From IMG/VR virus record IMGVR_UViG_3300021492_000072: DNA of 64,000 nucleotides. One strand, written 5' to 3'. The position numbers and the translations under genes are program-made. This DNA comes from a virus. The notes below the pieces were generated by a model. The model saw nothing but the letters and a program-made list of their open reading frames with translations, made no database searches and was not told the DNA's origin. This document shows positions 28,301 to 39,100 of this stretch, piece by piece; position 1 is the first letter of the stretch, and each line of letters opens with the position of its first letter.

Positions 28301-31300
28301 TAGGAAGGTCGATTCTATTTATGCGTCTCCCCGCACTCGCTAGTAGCTTCAAAGACCTGTCTGTATCAGTAGCAGCTGCTGGTGTCAGTGCGGTCCGGTG
28401 GATGACCAGAGCTCATACACCCGTAACGAAATATGCGGATACAGTAGCTGAAGCGGTGAGACGGACGCATGGAATGGAGGCGGCGGCGCGCGCTTGGGGT
28501 GGCGCTTTTTTACAAGCGATAGGCCTTGTGAAGCTATCGGAAACAAGGTTCGCTGGTTTGTTAGGAAGGTTCCGCAGGCTAATAACTTTCATCTCAAATA
28601 TTGGAATTGGTACACTTGGTGCTCTTGGTGAGAAGTTTAAGCTTCTTTGGTCAATAGTTCGCACTGTAGGAGTGAGGTTCTATCTCATTACTGCGGTTGT
28701 ACTTGGTACCTTCAAGGCTTTTGGAAATCTGATCAGGGCGATCTCGGAGACGTTTGGTGTGACTATTAGGTTAGTCCCAGTAATCAAAGCAGTCGGTGCT
28801 CTTTTATACGACATTATAAAGCCTATTATCTGGTTAGGGAAACTGGCGGTCAATGTCGTTGCTAGTGTGTTAACCGAAGCGTTTGCCGGATTAGCACTAA
28901 CCATAGGGCTTACTCTTAAGCTCTTAGAAAAACTTCCTTTCATAGGAGGTAAGGTGAAGGGCTTAGGAGACAAATTCGTTGAGCTATCGTTCCGCTTAGA
29001 TGAGATGGCGAAAGGAGCGGGTGAGTCGACGAAGCAGACACGTGATCTCCGTAAGGAAGTAGAGAGTTTACTTACAACCTTAGAGACCCGCGCCAGGGAA
29101 AGAGGGTTAAACTTAGCTGTCGCTGAGTCTTATAAGGTGCTGATTGAGAGGGCGATTGATTACAAGTACGCATTGGAAGCTGAACGGAAGCTCAGAGAGG
29201 ACTTGGAAGAAGCGAAGGAAAAAGGCCTCTTGACCGATAAGGGGTTACGGGCACAAAGAGAACACCTCCAAAAAGTTACCTTAGAAGCAAATTCAGCGGA
29301 AAACAAGTTTAAGAAAGCTATCGAGGAGTCAACAAAAGCTACGAAGACCGAGCTCGATCAAGTAAAGACCTTAGGTAACGCTTACATAGAACATCTTCGT
29401 GTACACAAAGGGATAGAACCGGCTCTAAAGAACCAAGTCACACTTTACAGCCTGATCAGTAAGGTTCAAGAAGACCAAGCTCGTGTAATGTCAGGAAGTA
29501 CGCTGGCTGCGCGAGATCTCGCGGGTGACTTTGACCAACTAGCGGATCTTTTCTCTGAGTGGGCGTCCACAGCCGACAGCGAAGCAAAGCCCGCACTAGA
29601 AGCGCAAGCGGCACATCTAAAAGCCCTGGCAGAGAAGCTACGAGAGGTGGGCGGAAGCTTAGAGGAGCACCCTGAGTTACTAAAAGAGCTCACAGATGCT
29701 TACACAAAGAGCGCCGCTGCAGCAGGGGTACTCACCTCTGAATCCAGTAAGCTAAAGCTGCAACAGGAATTACTAAAGAAAGCTATAGAAGACGCAGCTA
29801 AAGCACCTCTTTTGAAACCAGAAGCCCCAGAAGAATTTGCGAAACGACTCGCAAGAGTTGTTGCCATAGAAAAGGAACTTCGGGAGATCCGTGAGAAAGG
29901 ATTCAAAGAGCTTCAAATCCAGGCCGCACTAGGTGTGGACACGCTCGACGAGCAGATCAGACGTGAGGTAGAGCTCACTAAGAAGATTCGAGAGAAGCTC
30001 GACGCCCTAAGAGAAGGCTCCGAGGTGTATGAGGAAACCTTCCGTCAATATCGTTCACATATCGAAAAAGTGGTTTCACTACAAACTCAGTTCATTAGTC
30101 AAGTTGCTAGATCGTCAGAGGTATACCTTAGTGGACTAAGGAGTGCACGTGAGTTTGAAGTACAGCGACTTGAGTTACTAAGGAGAGGCTCAGCAGAGTA
30201 CGAGGCGGCTCATGCTAGAAGGAAAGCACTAGACACAGAATATATAGGAAGCCTCGACCGAATAATTAGTGCTTACGAGAGGCTCGCGACATCTGCTGTT
30301 GTTGCACCTCGCGCGAGACAAGCCGCGTTGGAGCAACTTCGCTCAATGCATACTAGCATCATCCAACAGGTTCGTACCTTACAACTAGAGTATCTCAGAG
30401 CACAGAAGAATGTAGAAAAAATGCGAGACGCGTTCGAAGTTATGCAGATGGAGTTCAGGCACGACATCGAAGACATGGTAAATGCTCACGCGTCAGCGGA
30501 AGACAGAAAACGTATGGCTTCTGAGCGTGCAACAGAATATATGAGGAAGGCATGGGATCTCTACTACAAAGGTAATTACGAAGCCGCGGAGAGTCTCGCT
30601 CGAAAAGCCATACCTCTATATAAACAGATGGCCGAAGCGGCGGCTGAAGAAGCAAGAGAAACGTGGAAGGGTACAAAAATAGTTAAGGAGAAAGAAGACG
30701 AAGCACGTGAAGAGGGTGCCCGTAAGGTAAAAGAGGTTCATGATTTCATACTAATGCTCGCTGACAAACGCATCGAGAAGGAAAAAGAGGAAGCCGCAAA
30801 TATAAAAGAGACGATGGAAAAGATGACTAAGTTGCTAGAAGACCATAAAGCCGCTTTTGAAGCATCAGAGGAGTGGGCAACTCGGTATTACACTAAGTTA
30901 GAAGAAAGAGTATCTTCATTGATCAAGAAGCTGAAAGAACTGCCCAGAGAAATACACGTGAAGATTATCGTTGAAGAAAGCCGTCACGTGGGTGGACTTA
31001 TTGGTAAATATCTACGTCGTCAGTTTGGTGGATTGGTTCCTGGCACAGGCAAAGGAGATATTGTGCCCGCATTGTTAGAGCCAGGAGAGTATGTAATACC
31101 AACACGTGTAGTAGAAAGATTAGGGGTGTCCTTTTTTGAATCATTACGTAAGAACACCCCCTTAGCCCCTCCTCCAGTCGTTCGGATGCAAGAAGGAGGG
31201 CTTGTACCAGAACCTGCGGCTGAACGAGTAGTACGACTCGACTTTAGGGTAGGTTCTGAAACGTATCCGCTTAGGGGGAGGCCAGATGTGGTTGATGGTT

Positions 31301-31347
31301 TAGTTAAAGCGTTGAAAAGGAAAGCGTTAGTAGGTGCAAACGCATGA
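25306..31347 (+). CDS. Tape measure protein
   Basis: 2013 aa, helical and Ala/Leu-rich; GGLVPG.G.GD.VPALL.PGEYVIP C-terminal motif. Confidence 0.92.
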   Translation: MPEEYVVEVKLENEESLADLTRAFNEVNAELNRLNASLTRFQKAVSAQSSELQKSVKQSTQLASSSRQVTKEVENQASALTWVKRVFIGVAGAVAAVTVAYRHHERIQSILYKLDQRRYLLALALAKGLTEYGKQHRTVANILTAFGATLSSLIRTTYNYVSGSYGAKAAVTSFGKTVKASAAIVASELRRAPVDWLKLVKNSFTESSGLIKNFLASTSASVVETTGVLLLGVSKGVTMSLKMISNQVLPSVALQFKNALSSAQVRFVEVAKSSSVLKAALLSLGTLAKNMGTLFVNLGLDLRNTFETGVMVSSMYFDIFDISLKKTTNLVRSFSTTVMGVAKTLAAPLAALVTPLVDLPSAISPSFRAAVTRFKQFESATWALARTTYEASRESSSALRSFAAASKVYLTEHLAVVKDTLATSAKSFKIWLSSLGIGKREVPLLLKPFTLLLGSLAIMSGRLLKLVPSFRNFGNVVESAGWALNRASSFTRVYGSVVTNLDRGLTEVTGTTKSVTRSFGDVTAATIKQKVGVMGLLGSLGELVAHYFLVYQWHLTIAHALEGLAHLLVHVGQTWVASLHHAFEVSVEFLRTELDLIRATQRYQELTKDMSRSTKEWVDWADKLAISLGKDIAPMRRVTGVLLDYAAVYGLTRSETERFIKLMIDVSTYLGTDVFMAMRHVRGALAGLSLSAMYLGIQVEALKERAKHYEEQLRKTGVAAGVDIKQKAMLLALMDELNFVQGMTNKLMDTGYGAVHRYRVAQQALANAIGEAASPAMSSLYNMMTRAIEGVFGLGSGFMRAYVGVKAFLGVAFQVVGTAAVMAAKVLVLMETLRMLEIVLTFVNKSLYTLPIASVPFLRSIIRMEGETVKFKNLWVVAGNTIRFVARLVVGEIKGLVTSGTAMLAQLTTKAISTMKAFLTVKFPTFAVAALYGERFTRTIAAQRTVAARLTETLKAVGRANLETGTHMVACATSAIWLKSNIASCITKLQDFGKASERVGRSILFMRLPALASSFKDLSVSVAAAGVSAVRWMTRAHTPVTKYADTVAEAVRRTHGMEAAARAWGGAFLQAIGLVKLSETRFAGLLGRFRRLITFISNIGIGTLGALGEKFKLLWSIVRTVGVRFYLITAVVLGTFKAFGNLIRAISETFGVTIRLVPVIKAVGALLYDIIKPIIWLGKLAVNVVASVLTEAFAGLALTIGLTLKLLEKLPFIGGKVKGLGDKFVELSFRLDEMAKGAGESTKQTRDLRKEVESLLTTLETRARERGLNLAVAESYKVLIERAIDYKYALEAERKLREDLEEAKEKGLLTDKGLRAQREHLQKVTLEANSAENKFKKAIEESTKATKTELDQVKTLGNAYIEHLRVHKGIEPALKNQVTLYSLISKVQEDQARVMSGSTLAARDLAGDFDQLADLFSEWASTADSEAKPALEAQAAHLKALAEKLREVGGSLEEHPELLKELTDAYTKSAAAAGVLTSESSKLKLQQELLKKAIEDAAKAPLLKPEAPEEFAKRLARVVAIEKELREIREKGFKELQIQAALGVDTLDEQIRREVELTKKIREKLDALREGSEVYEETFRQYRSHIEKVVSLQTQFISQVARSSEVYLSGLRSAREFEVQRLELLRRGSAEYEAAHARRKALDTEYIGSLDRIISAYERLATSAVVAPRARQAALEQLRSMHTSIIQQVRTLQLEYLRAQKNVEKMRDAFEVMQMEFRHDIEDMVNAHASAEDRKRMASERATEYMRKAWDLYYKGNYEAAESLARKAIPLYKQMAEAAAEEARETWKGTKIVKEKEDEAREEGARKVKEVHDFILMLADKRIEKEKEEAANIKETMEKMTKLLEDHKAAFEASEEWATRYYTKLEERVSSLIKKLKELPREIHVKIIVEESRHVGGLIGKYLRRQFGGLVPGTGKGDIVPALLEPGEYVIPTRVVERLGVSFFESLRKNTPLAPPPVVRMQEGGLVPEPAAERVVRLDFRVGSETYPLRGRPDVVDGLVKALKRKALVGANA

Positions 31348-31730
31348 GTTTAAAATTTGAGTTAGCGGGAATTGAGTTACCTGATATGTTTTGGGTTGAT
31401 GAAAAAATGGTCTACGAAGTAGTAGGGTCTGTTGACAGAACCTTGGGGGGCACGGAAATCGTGTGGGAACAGACTCTGACTGGTGGGAGGCCGATTACAT
31501 TAACAACAAAATTAGGAGAATGGAGGCTATCAACGTTTACTGAGGATCAACTCGATGAAATCCTTGAACTGGCACGGGTCCCCAACACCACCTACAACCT
31601 AACTCACGATGGGAGCACTTACAGGGTTCGTTTCGCTCACGAAGACCCCCCATGCGTTGAGACGAATCGAATCTACCCTAGTGGACTGTACGACGTTATA
31701 ATAAAACTACGTGAAGTAAAGCAGCTTTAG
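31344..31730 (+). CDS. Distal tail/tail tip protein
   Basis: Follows the tape measure; RTLGG...GGRPITL. Confidence 0.6.
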   Translation: MSLKFELAGIELPDMFWVDEKMVYEVVGSVDRTLGGTEIVWEQTLTGGRPITLTTKLGEWRLSTFTEDQLDEILELARVPNTTYNLTHDGSTYRVRFAHEDPPCVETNRIYPSGLYDVIIKLREVKQL

Positions 31731-31740
31731 GAGGTGAAAT

Positions 31741-33144
31741 ATGGCTGTAACAAGAGACGATTTGGCATTTGTGAAAAGCGCAACTGTTACAGATACAGAC
31801 AACAATGGTGGGCGAAAGAGTTACATCGAGGTACCAAACCGCGCTCGGTTTAATCTATTCCCTCGCGTAACACGTCCTGAGAGGATGAATGGTAAAACTA
31901 GATATCGTAAGGAGTTTTTATGGAACAAAAATGCATCGAATGAAATTGCGTATGGTGTGTTAGCTTACATCTTATACCCCAGTCCAGCAGGTGACAGGTT
32001 TTATCTAGCTGAGGGAACACAGACAGACACACAAGGAGATATTGATAGCAGCTATAAATGGTGTGGTGGGGGCGCGTTACACTCAGACGTAACTGCCGGT
32101 GCGACTCAAATCTCGGTTGAGTTCGAAAGTGATGACTTCCATATCGCAAATGGAATGACTATCGCGATCAATAGTCACTTCCTAGTCGGTCAAACGATCA
32201 TGTCTGGTGTAAGAGCGTTCGATGCAGTAAAGTTTGATTCTGTACAAGGTATGTGGGTAAAAGAATCCGCGCCCGACGCGGACTCTGAAGACGTATACCC
32301 ATATGGGACGTACTTAGGAGATAATAAAGTATTCAGTTACAATGACAATGGGGAATTGGAGTACCTTACTGTCGCAAATGATGAATACACAGGTGAGGTC
32401 ATTGGTACTGGGGATGGTAACACAAAGGAATTCACCGACACACTAGAACACCCACCTATTGAGCTAAACACAGTCACAGTGTACTTCACCATTGATGGAG
32501 CTACTTATTCTGGGTCCGCCGACGAGAACGGAAACATTTCAGGGGCATACATTTCGTCTGGTTCTGTAAACGCAACTGGGCTTATTAACCTTACCTTCAC
32601 TACAGCCCCCGACAATGGAACAAACATAACCTGCAATTACACTAAACGAGCTTACTCTTGGAGTGGTAATGTCTGTACTATTGATCTTATGTTTCCAGTC
32701 GCAAATGATTATCTCGCATCAAATACTTATGTGGGTGTTTGTGTGGCTGTTGGAGATATTAAACCATCTATCTCCGATGTCACAGTGAACTCCGCTAATG
32801 GAACCTTCGATTACACACTAGTAACCGAGGACAATCGCGGCACGGTAGAAGACGATTGGACTATAACTTTTACTAGTTCAACTGAGTTCACTTGTTCAGG
32901 AGCTAACGAGGGGAGTGTTGGCTCAGGGAACATCACTTCAAGCTTTAGTCCAACAAACCCAAACACAGGTCAGCCCTACTTTACAATTCCTCCGTCTGTG
33001 TGGGGAGGTGCTTGGACATCGGGGGATACTGTTACTTTCAAAACCCACCCCGCAGCTGCTCCGTTGTGGTGGAAGGAAGTAGTTCCAGCTGGAACTGGGC
33101 CTTATAGCGATAATGGTGTGATGTTAGAAGTTTATGTAGAGTAG
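31741..33144 (+). CDS. Tail tip structural protein
   Basis: NLFP.V...ER..G...YRK.F; Gly/Thr-rich beta domains. Confidence 0.65.
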   Translation: MAVTRDDLAFVKSATVTDTDNNGGRKSYIEVPNRARFNLFPRVTRPERMNGKTRYRKEFLWNKNASNEIAYGVLAYILYPSPAGDRFYLAEGTQTDTQGDIDSSYKWCGGGALHSDVTAGATQISVEFESDDFHIANGMTIAINSHFLVGQTIMSGVRAFDAVKFDSVQGMWVKESAPDADSEDVYPYGTYLGDNKVFSYNDNGELEYLTVANDEYTGEVIGTGDGNTKEFTDTLEHPPIELNTVTVYFTIDGATYSGSADENGNISGAYISSGSVNATGLINLTFTTAPDNGTNITCNYTKRAYSWSGNVCTIDLMFPVANDYLASNTYVGVCVAVGDIKPSISDVTVNSANGTFDYTLVTEDNRGTVEDDWTITFTSSTEFTCSGANEGSVGSGNITSSFSPTNPNTGQPYFTIPPSVWGGAWTSGDTVTFKTHPAAAPLWWKEVVPAGTGPYSDNGVMLEVYVE

Positions 33145-33157
33145 GAGGCCAACCTCA

Positions 33158-36100
33158 GTGACAACTTCGCAGAGCATAACTGAGGGGAGAAACGCTTTCA
33201 AGTTCACCCCAACTAAGTGGCTGAGGATTGAGGCGTCGAAGAAGGAAGCTCCGGAAGCCAAAATATTAGTTGGGAAGAAAGACTACGTCAAAGTACGCTA
33301 CCTTGGCAGTGTTTCAACTACGCCGACACAAGAAGAGGGCAGGCTAAGATGGTGTGGTGAGGACGAGGAAGTCCACCTTTACCACTTAGGGCACAAAAAA
33401 CATCAGGGAAAAAGGCAACTACATCCTGTTGAGGAGTGGTCTTACGAACAAGAAGTCATCTTAAAGAAGAAGCCCTTAAACAGTACTCTAACTTTTGAAG
33501 TCGAGGCTAAAGGACTGGAATACAGAAAGGAAGGTGACAAATACGTTTTTTACAGAAAGATTAGGCTACCAGCTTCAGAGGAAGAGATATGTGAAGATAT
33601 CTTCTACCTTAACCCCATAGTCGTCAGAGACAGTCAAGGTAAAGAGACAAAACCAAAAGTAGAGTTAAAAGATGGGATCCTAACAATCAAGATCAACAAA
33701 AACTTCCTTAACAAAGCGGTCTATCCAATAAGCGTCGACCCCTCTTATACAGTCAAGACCGGCGCTAGCTATGCTTCCACACAAACCAACAATCAGCGTA
33801 AGCTAGCCAGGACTAGTGACGGTACTTTATGGTGTGTTTACCACCGATCAGATGGGTCTTACAACCAGGTCTATGCCTCCTACTCTACTAATGATGGTGA
33901 GACTTGGACGGAAGAGCAAGTAACAAACGTAAGCGGCAATCAGTATTACCCCTCTATTGCTATAGATAGTAACGATAACATCCACGTGGTTTGGCGGGGG
34001 TACGGCTGGGGGAGCAATACTAATAGGAACAACGTCCGATATAGAAAGAGGACCTCTTCGGGATGGCAAACACATGAAGCAGTAACAGATATAAGTTACC
34101 ATCAATATGACCCCGCAATTGCCATAGACAGTCAGGATAATATTCACGTAGTTTGGTGTGGTGGAGGTTGGGGAACTAATACTAGCTACAACAATATTCA
34201 ATACAGAAAAAGAACCTCGTCAGGATGGCAAACACAAGAGTCAGTGACAGATACAAATAACAACCAGAGCCGCCCCGCCATCGCTATAGATAGTAACGAT
34301 AACGTTCATGTAGTTTGGCAAGGTAAAGGGTGGGGGACAAACACCGCTAACGACGACATTCAATATAGAAAGAGAACCTCTTCAGGGTGGCAAACGCAAG
34401 AAGATGTTACAGATAGGACCGACTACCAGCAGTCGCCCTCTATTGCTATAGATAGTAATGATGACATTCATGTGGTTTGGTATGGGTATGGTTGGGGAAC
34501 GAACACTAGTTACTACAACATACGGTATAGAAAGAGAACCTCTTCAGGATGGCAATCTCATGAGGCAGTAACAGATAAAGACAACAACCAATACGACCCC
34601 ACTATTGCTATAGATAAGAACGACAACATTCATGTAGTTTGGCACGGCCAGGGGTGGGGTAGTAACCCTAGTTACTACAACATTCAATATAGGAAGAGAA
34701 CTTCGTCAGGGTGGCAAACACAAGAGGGGCTCACAGACGTATCAGCCTATCAATATTCCCCTAACTGTATTTGGGCATTGCACCCTACTGTCTCGGGTGA
34801 GAAGCCAAACAGAACTAAAACAGGATACGCTTTTGTCTGGGTGGATGGATCAACGATCAAATTTTACAAGAGTGATGACTTGGCGTGGGACGCACCACCT
34901 AAGGCTTATCTCACAGTTGACTCTCTACTAGAAAAGTCGAACCTAAACACAACTTTCAGTATCGATACTATCACCTGGCCTGGTTATTCTTACACAATTA
35001 GGTCAAACATAGAGAGTACAGCAGACAATGGTCAACGTGCGCTAGCCAGGACTAGTGACGGTACTTTATGGTGTGCTTATTGTCGGTCAGATGGGTCTTA
35101 CAACCAGGTCTACGCCGCTTACTCTACTGACGGTGGGGTAAGCTGGGCGGAAGAGCAAATAACGAACGCAAGTGGTAATCAATACAACCCCGCTATCGCT
35201 ATAGATAGTAACGATAACGTTCATGTGGTTTGGACTGGGCAAGGTTGGGGGAGTAATACAGGATATAAAAACATTCAGTACCGAAAAAGAACCTCATCAG
35301 GGTGGCAAACACAAGAAGCACTAACAGATAAAGACGCTGACCAAGTCAGCCCCTCAATTGCTATAGATAGCGATAATGACGTTCACATAGTTTGGTATGG
35401 TAAAGGATGGGGTGATAATCCTAGCTACTACAACATCCAATATAGAAAGAGAACTCTAACTACTTGGGAGACGCAAGAGGCAATAACAGATGTAGCCCAT
35501 CACCAACAAGGCCCTTCTATTGCCATCGATAGTAACGATAACATTCATGTAGTCTGGTACGGTGCAGGTTGGGGGTCAAACCCCGCTTACGACGATATTC
35601 AGTATAGAAAGAAAACCCTACTTGGGTGGCAGTCGCAGGAATCCGTTACAGACGTAGATGGTGAGAATCAAACCGAACCTTGTATCGCTATAGACGGAAA
35701 TGACGACGTCCATGTAGTTTGGCGTGGGACAGGATGGGGAACATACACAGGGTACGTCAATATCCAATATAGAAAGAGAACCTCATCTGGTTGGCAACCC
35801 CAAGAAGCAGTGACAGATAAAGATGATGATCAATACGCCCCCTCCATTGCTGTAGATAGTGACGGTAACGTTCATGTGGTTTGGAGCGGTAAAGGCTGGG
35901 GTACAAACGTAAGTGTAGTCAACGTTCAACACAGAAAAAGAACCTTTGTGGGGTGGCAAAACCCAGAATCAGTCACTGACGTGTCTACGCCAACTCAGGA
36001 GTGTCCAAACCTTATCTGGGCATTACATCCTACAGTATCTGGAGCGAAAACTAACAGAGCAAAGAGAGGTTTCGCGCTCGTCTGGAGAGACGGCTCAACA

Positions 36101-39100
36101 TTTAAAATTTACAAAAGTAACGATTTGGACTGGGAAACGCCTCCTGCGACTTGTACGATCGACTCACTACTAAAAAAACTAGGTGTAACTTCATCATTTG
36201 GTATTGACACTTATATTGGGACCCCACTTTTAGAATCCATATCAATTGACTCCATAATTCAAAAATTAAGATCAGCCTACAGTACAGTCGACGCCCTACT
36301 TAAAAGTCTCTTCATAGTTAAAGAAAGCGTCCCAACCAATAGTACAGCATACAACAATCAACGTAAGCTAGCCAGGACTAGTGACGGTATTTTGTGGTGC
36401 GTTTACCTTCGCTGGGATGGGTCATACTACCAAGTCTATGCTGCTTACTCCACTGATGATGGTGAAACTTGGACAGAAGAGCAAGTAACAAACGCAAGTA
36501 ATAATCAATACTGCCCTTCTATTGCTATCGATAGTAACGATGACATCCACGTGGTTTGGAGCGGTTATGGTTGGGGAACAAACACGAACTACCGTAACAT
36601 TCAATACAGGAAGAGAACCTCTTCAGGATGGCAAACGCAAGAGTCAGTAACAGATAAGAATCGAAATCAATGGTATCCCTCTATTGCTATAGATAGTAAT
36701 GATAACGTTCATGTAGTTTGGGAAGGCAAAGGATGGGGAACAAATACTGAATACGACAACATTCAATACAGGAAGAGAACCTCTTCAGGGTGGCAACCAC
36801 AAGAGTCAGTCACAGATAAGGATAGGAACCAGCCACACCCCACTATCGCTATAGATAGCCAAGACAACATCCATGTAGTTTGGTCTGGTCAGGGTTGGGG
36901 AACGAACAACAACTACGACAATGTACAATACAGGAAGAGAACCTCGTCAGGATGGCAAACACAAGAAGCAGTAACAGATAAAGATGCCTCTCAGACTTCT
37001 CCAGTTATCGCTATAGACAGTAGCGACAACATTCACGTAGTCTGGGCAGGTGCAGGTTGGGGCACGCTTGGATATGTAGATATTCAGTATAGAAAGAGGA
37101 CATCAAGTGGGTGGCAAGATCGAGAAGCAGTAACGGATGCGGGTACCGACCAAAGTAATCCTACCATTGCTGTGGATGAAGATGATAATGTTTACGTGGT
37201 TTGGAGTTGTAATCCCTATAAAATCTGTCACAGAAAAAGGACTTCTTCGGGGTGGCAAACACAAGAGGAGCTCATAAGCGCGTCGACTGAGCAAGAATAC
37301 CCTAGTCTCATTTGGGCGTTACACCCCACTGTCTCAAACGGAAAGCCGAACAGAACTAAAGCAGGATATGCTTTTGTTTGGGTAGATGGAACAACACTCA
37401 AATACTACAAGAGTAGCGATTTAGATTGGGGTTCACCATACATCAAATCTTACAGCTGTACAATTAATACCTTCCTAAGGAAACTGTGTCAGAAACCATT
37501 TAGCATTGACGCTTTCATTGGTCCCCCACTTGTAAGATACTTGTTTGTCAGTGCACTGCTTCAGAAGTTTAACCTGAGTCACAGCTTCAATATAGACACA
37601 CTAGTTGAAATCCCGATTTACACCTACACAGTTAAGACAGGTGCGACGAGTGACAGCACATCTTATAACAATCAGAGGAAACTAGCTAGAACTAGTAATG
37701 GCACCTTGTGGTGCGTCTACCATCGATCAGATGGGTCTTACCTCCAAATATATGCTGCTTACTCCACTGATGATGGGGAAAGTTGGACGGAGGAGCAAAT
37801 AACAAACGCAAGTAATAATCAATACTGCCCTTCTATTGCCATCGATAGTAACGATGACATCCACGTGGTTTGGTATGGGCGAGGTTGGGGAAGCAATACA
37901 AGTAAGTACAACATTCAATACAGGAAGAGAACCTCTTCAGGATGGCAAACGCAAGAGTCAGTAACGGATAAAGGTGAGGATCAGTACTACCCCGCCATTG
38001 CCATAGATAGTAACGATGACATCCACGTGGTTTGGGAAGGCACGGGCTGGGGTACGTTCTCTGAAACGGTTAACATTCGGTACAGAAAGAGAACTTCGTC
38101 AGGATGGCAAGATCACGAAGCAGTAACAGACAAAAGTGACCACCAATACAGACCAGCTATTGCTATAGACAGCAATGATAACGTTCACGTAGTTTGGGAA
38201 GGCAAAGGATGGGGAACAAACCCAGACAACCAAAACATCCGGCACAGAAAAAGAACCTCTGAGGCATGGATGACACCTGACCCGGTCACGGATGTGTCAA
38301 GCAACCAACATAACCCTTCTATTGCTATAGATAGTAATGATGACATTCATGTGGTTTGGTATGGGTATGGTTGGGGAACTCAACCTAGCGACTACAACAT
38401 CAAATACAGGAAAAAAACTTCTCTGGGGTGGCAGTCGATCGAGTCGATAACAGACAAAAGTACCAGCCAATATTACCCCTCTATTGCTATAGATAGTGAT
38501 GACGTCATTCACGTAGTTTGGTACGGTCTTGGTTGGGGAACCAACACCGGCTATTACAACATCATATACAGAAAAAGAACTCCTTCAGGGTGGCAAACAC
38601 CGTTAACAATCACTGACGAACCGGCTCATCAGAGGCACCCGGGTCTCATTTGGGCACTGCACCCAACGATTTCAAATGTCAAACCAGGCAGAACAAGGAA
38701 AGGCTGTGCCCTCGTTTGGGTAGATGGAACGACTGTTAAGTTTGGCAAAGTCTTCTTAGAATGGGAAGTTCCTTTCGGAACTAGTAGCTACACAATCAAT
38801 TCCCTATTGGAAAAGATAGATCAGATTTCCACATTTAATATTGATGCGTATGTTGGAGAGGTGCTTCTAGAGTCCACAACTATAGATGCGATACTCCAGA
38901 AAGCACTCACAAACAGCTTCATCATAGACGCACGGATACGCGAAGCATCAGTGCCCAGCATAACTATCGACGCAGTATTAGTAGAACCAAGTCCGTATTA
39001 TACAGTTGCTATTAGTGTACCAAGCAACAGTACAGAGTTTAGTGCGCAGCGGAAGTTGGTCAGAGCAAGTGACGGTACTTATTGGTGTGTCTTTTGTCGC

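Noticed and set aside
25548-30676. Many short ORFs within the tape measure gene
   Set aside because: They are antisense or off-frame shadows with no recognisable motifs.
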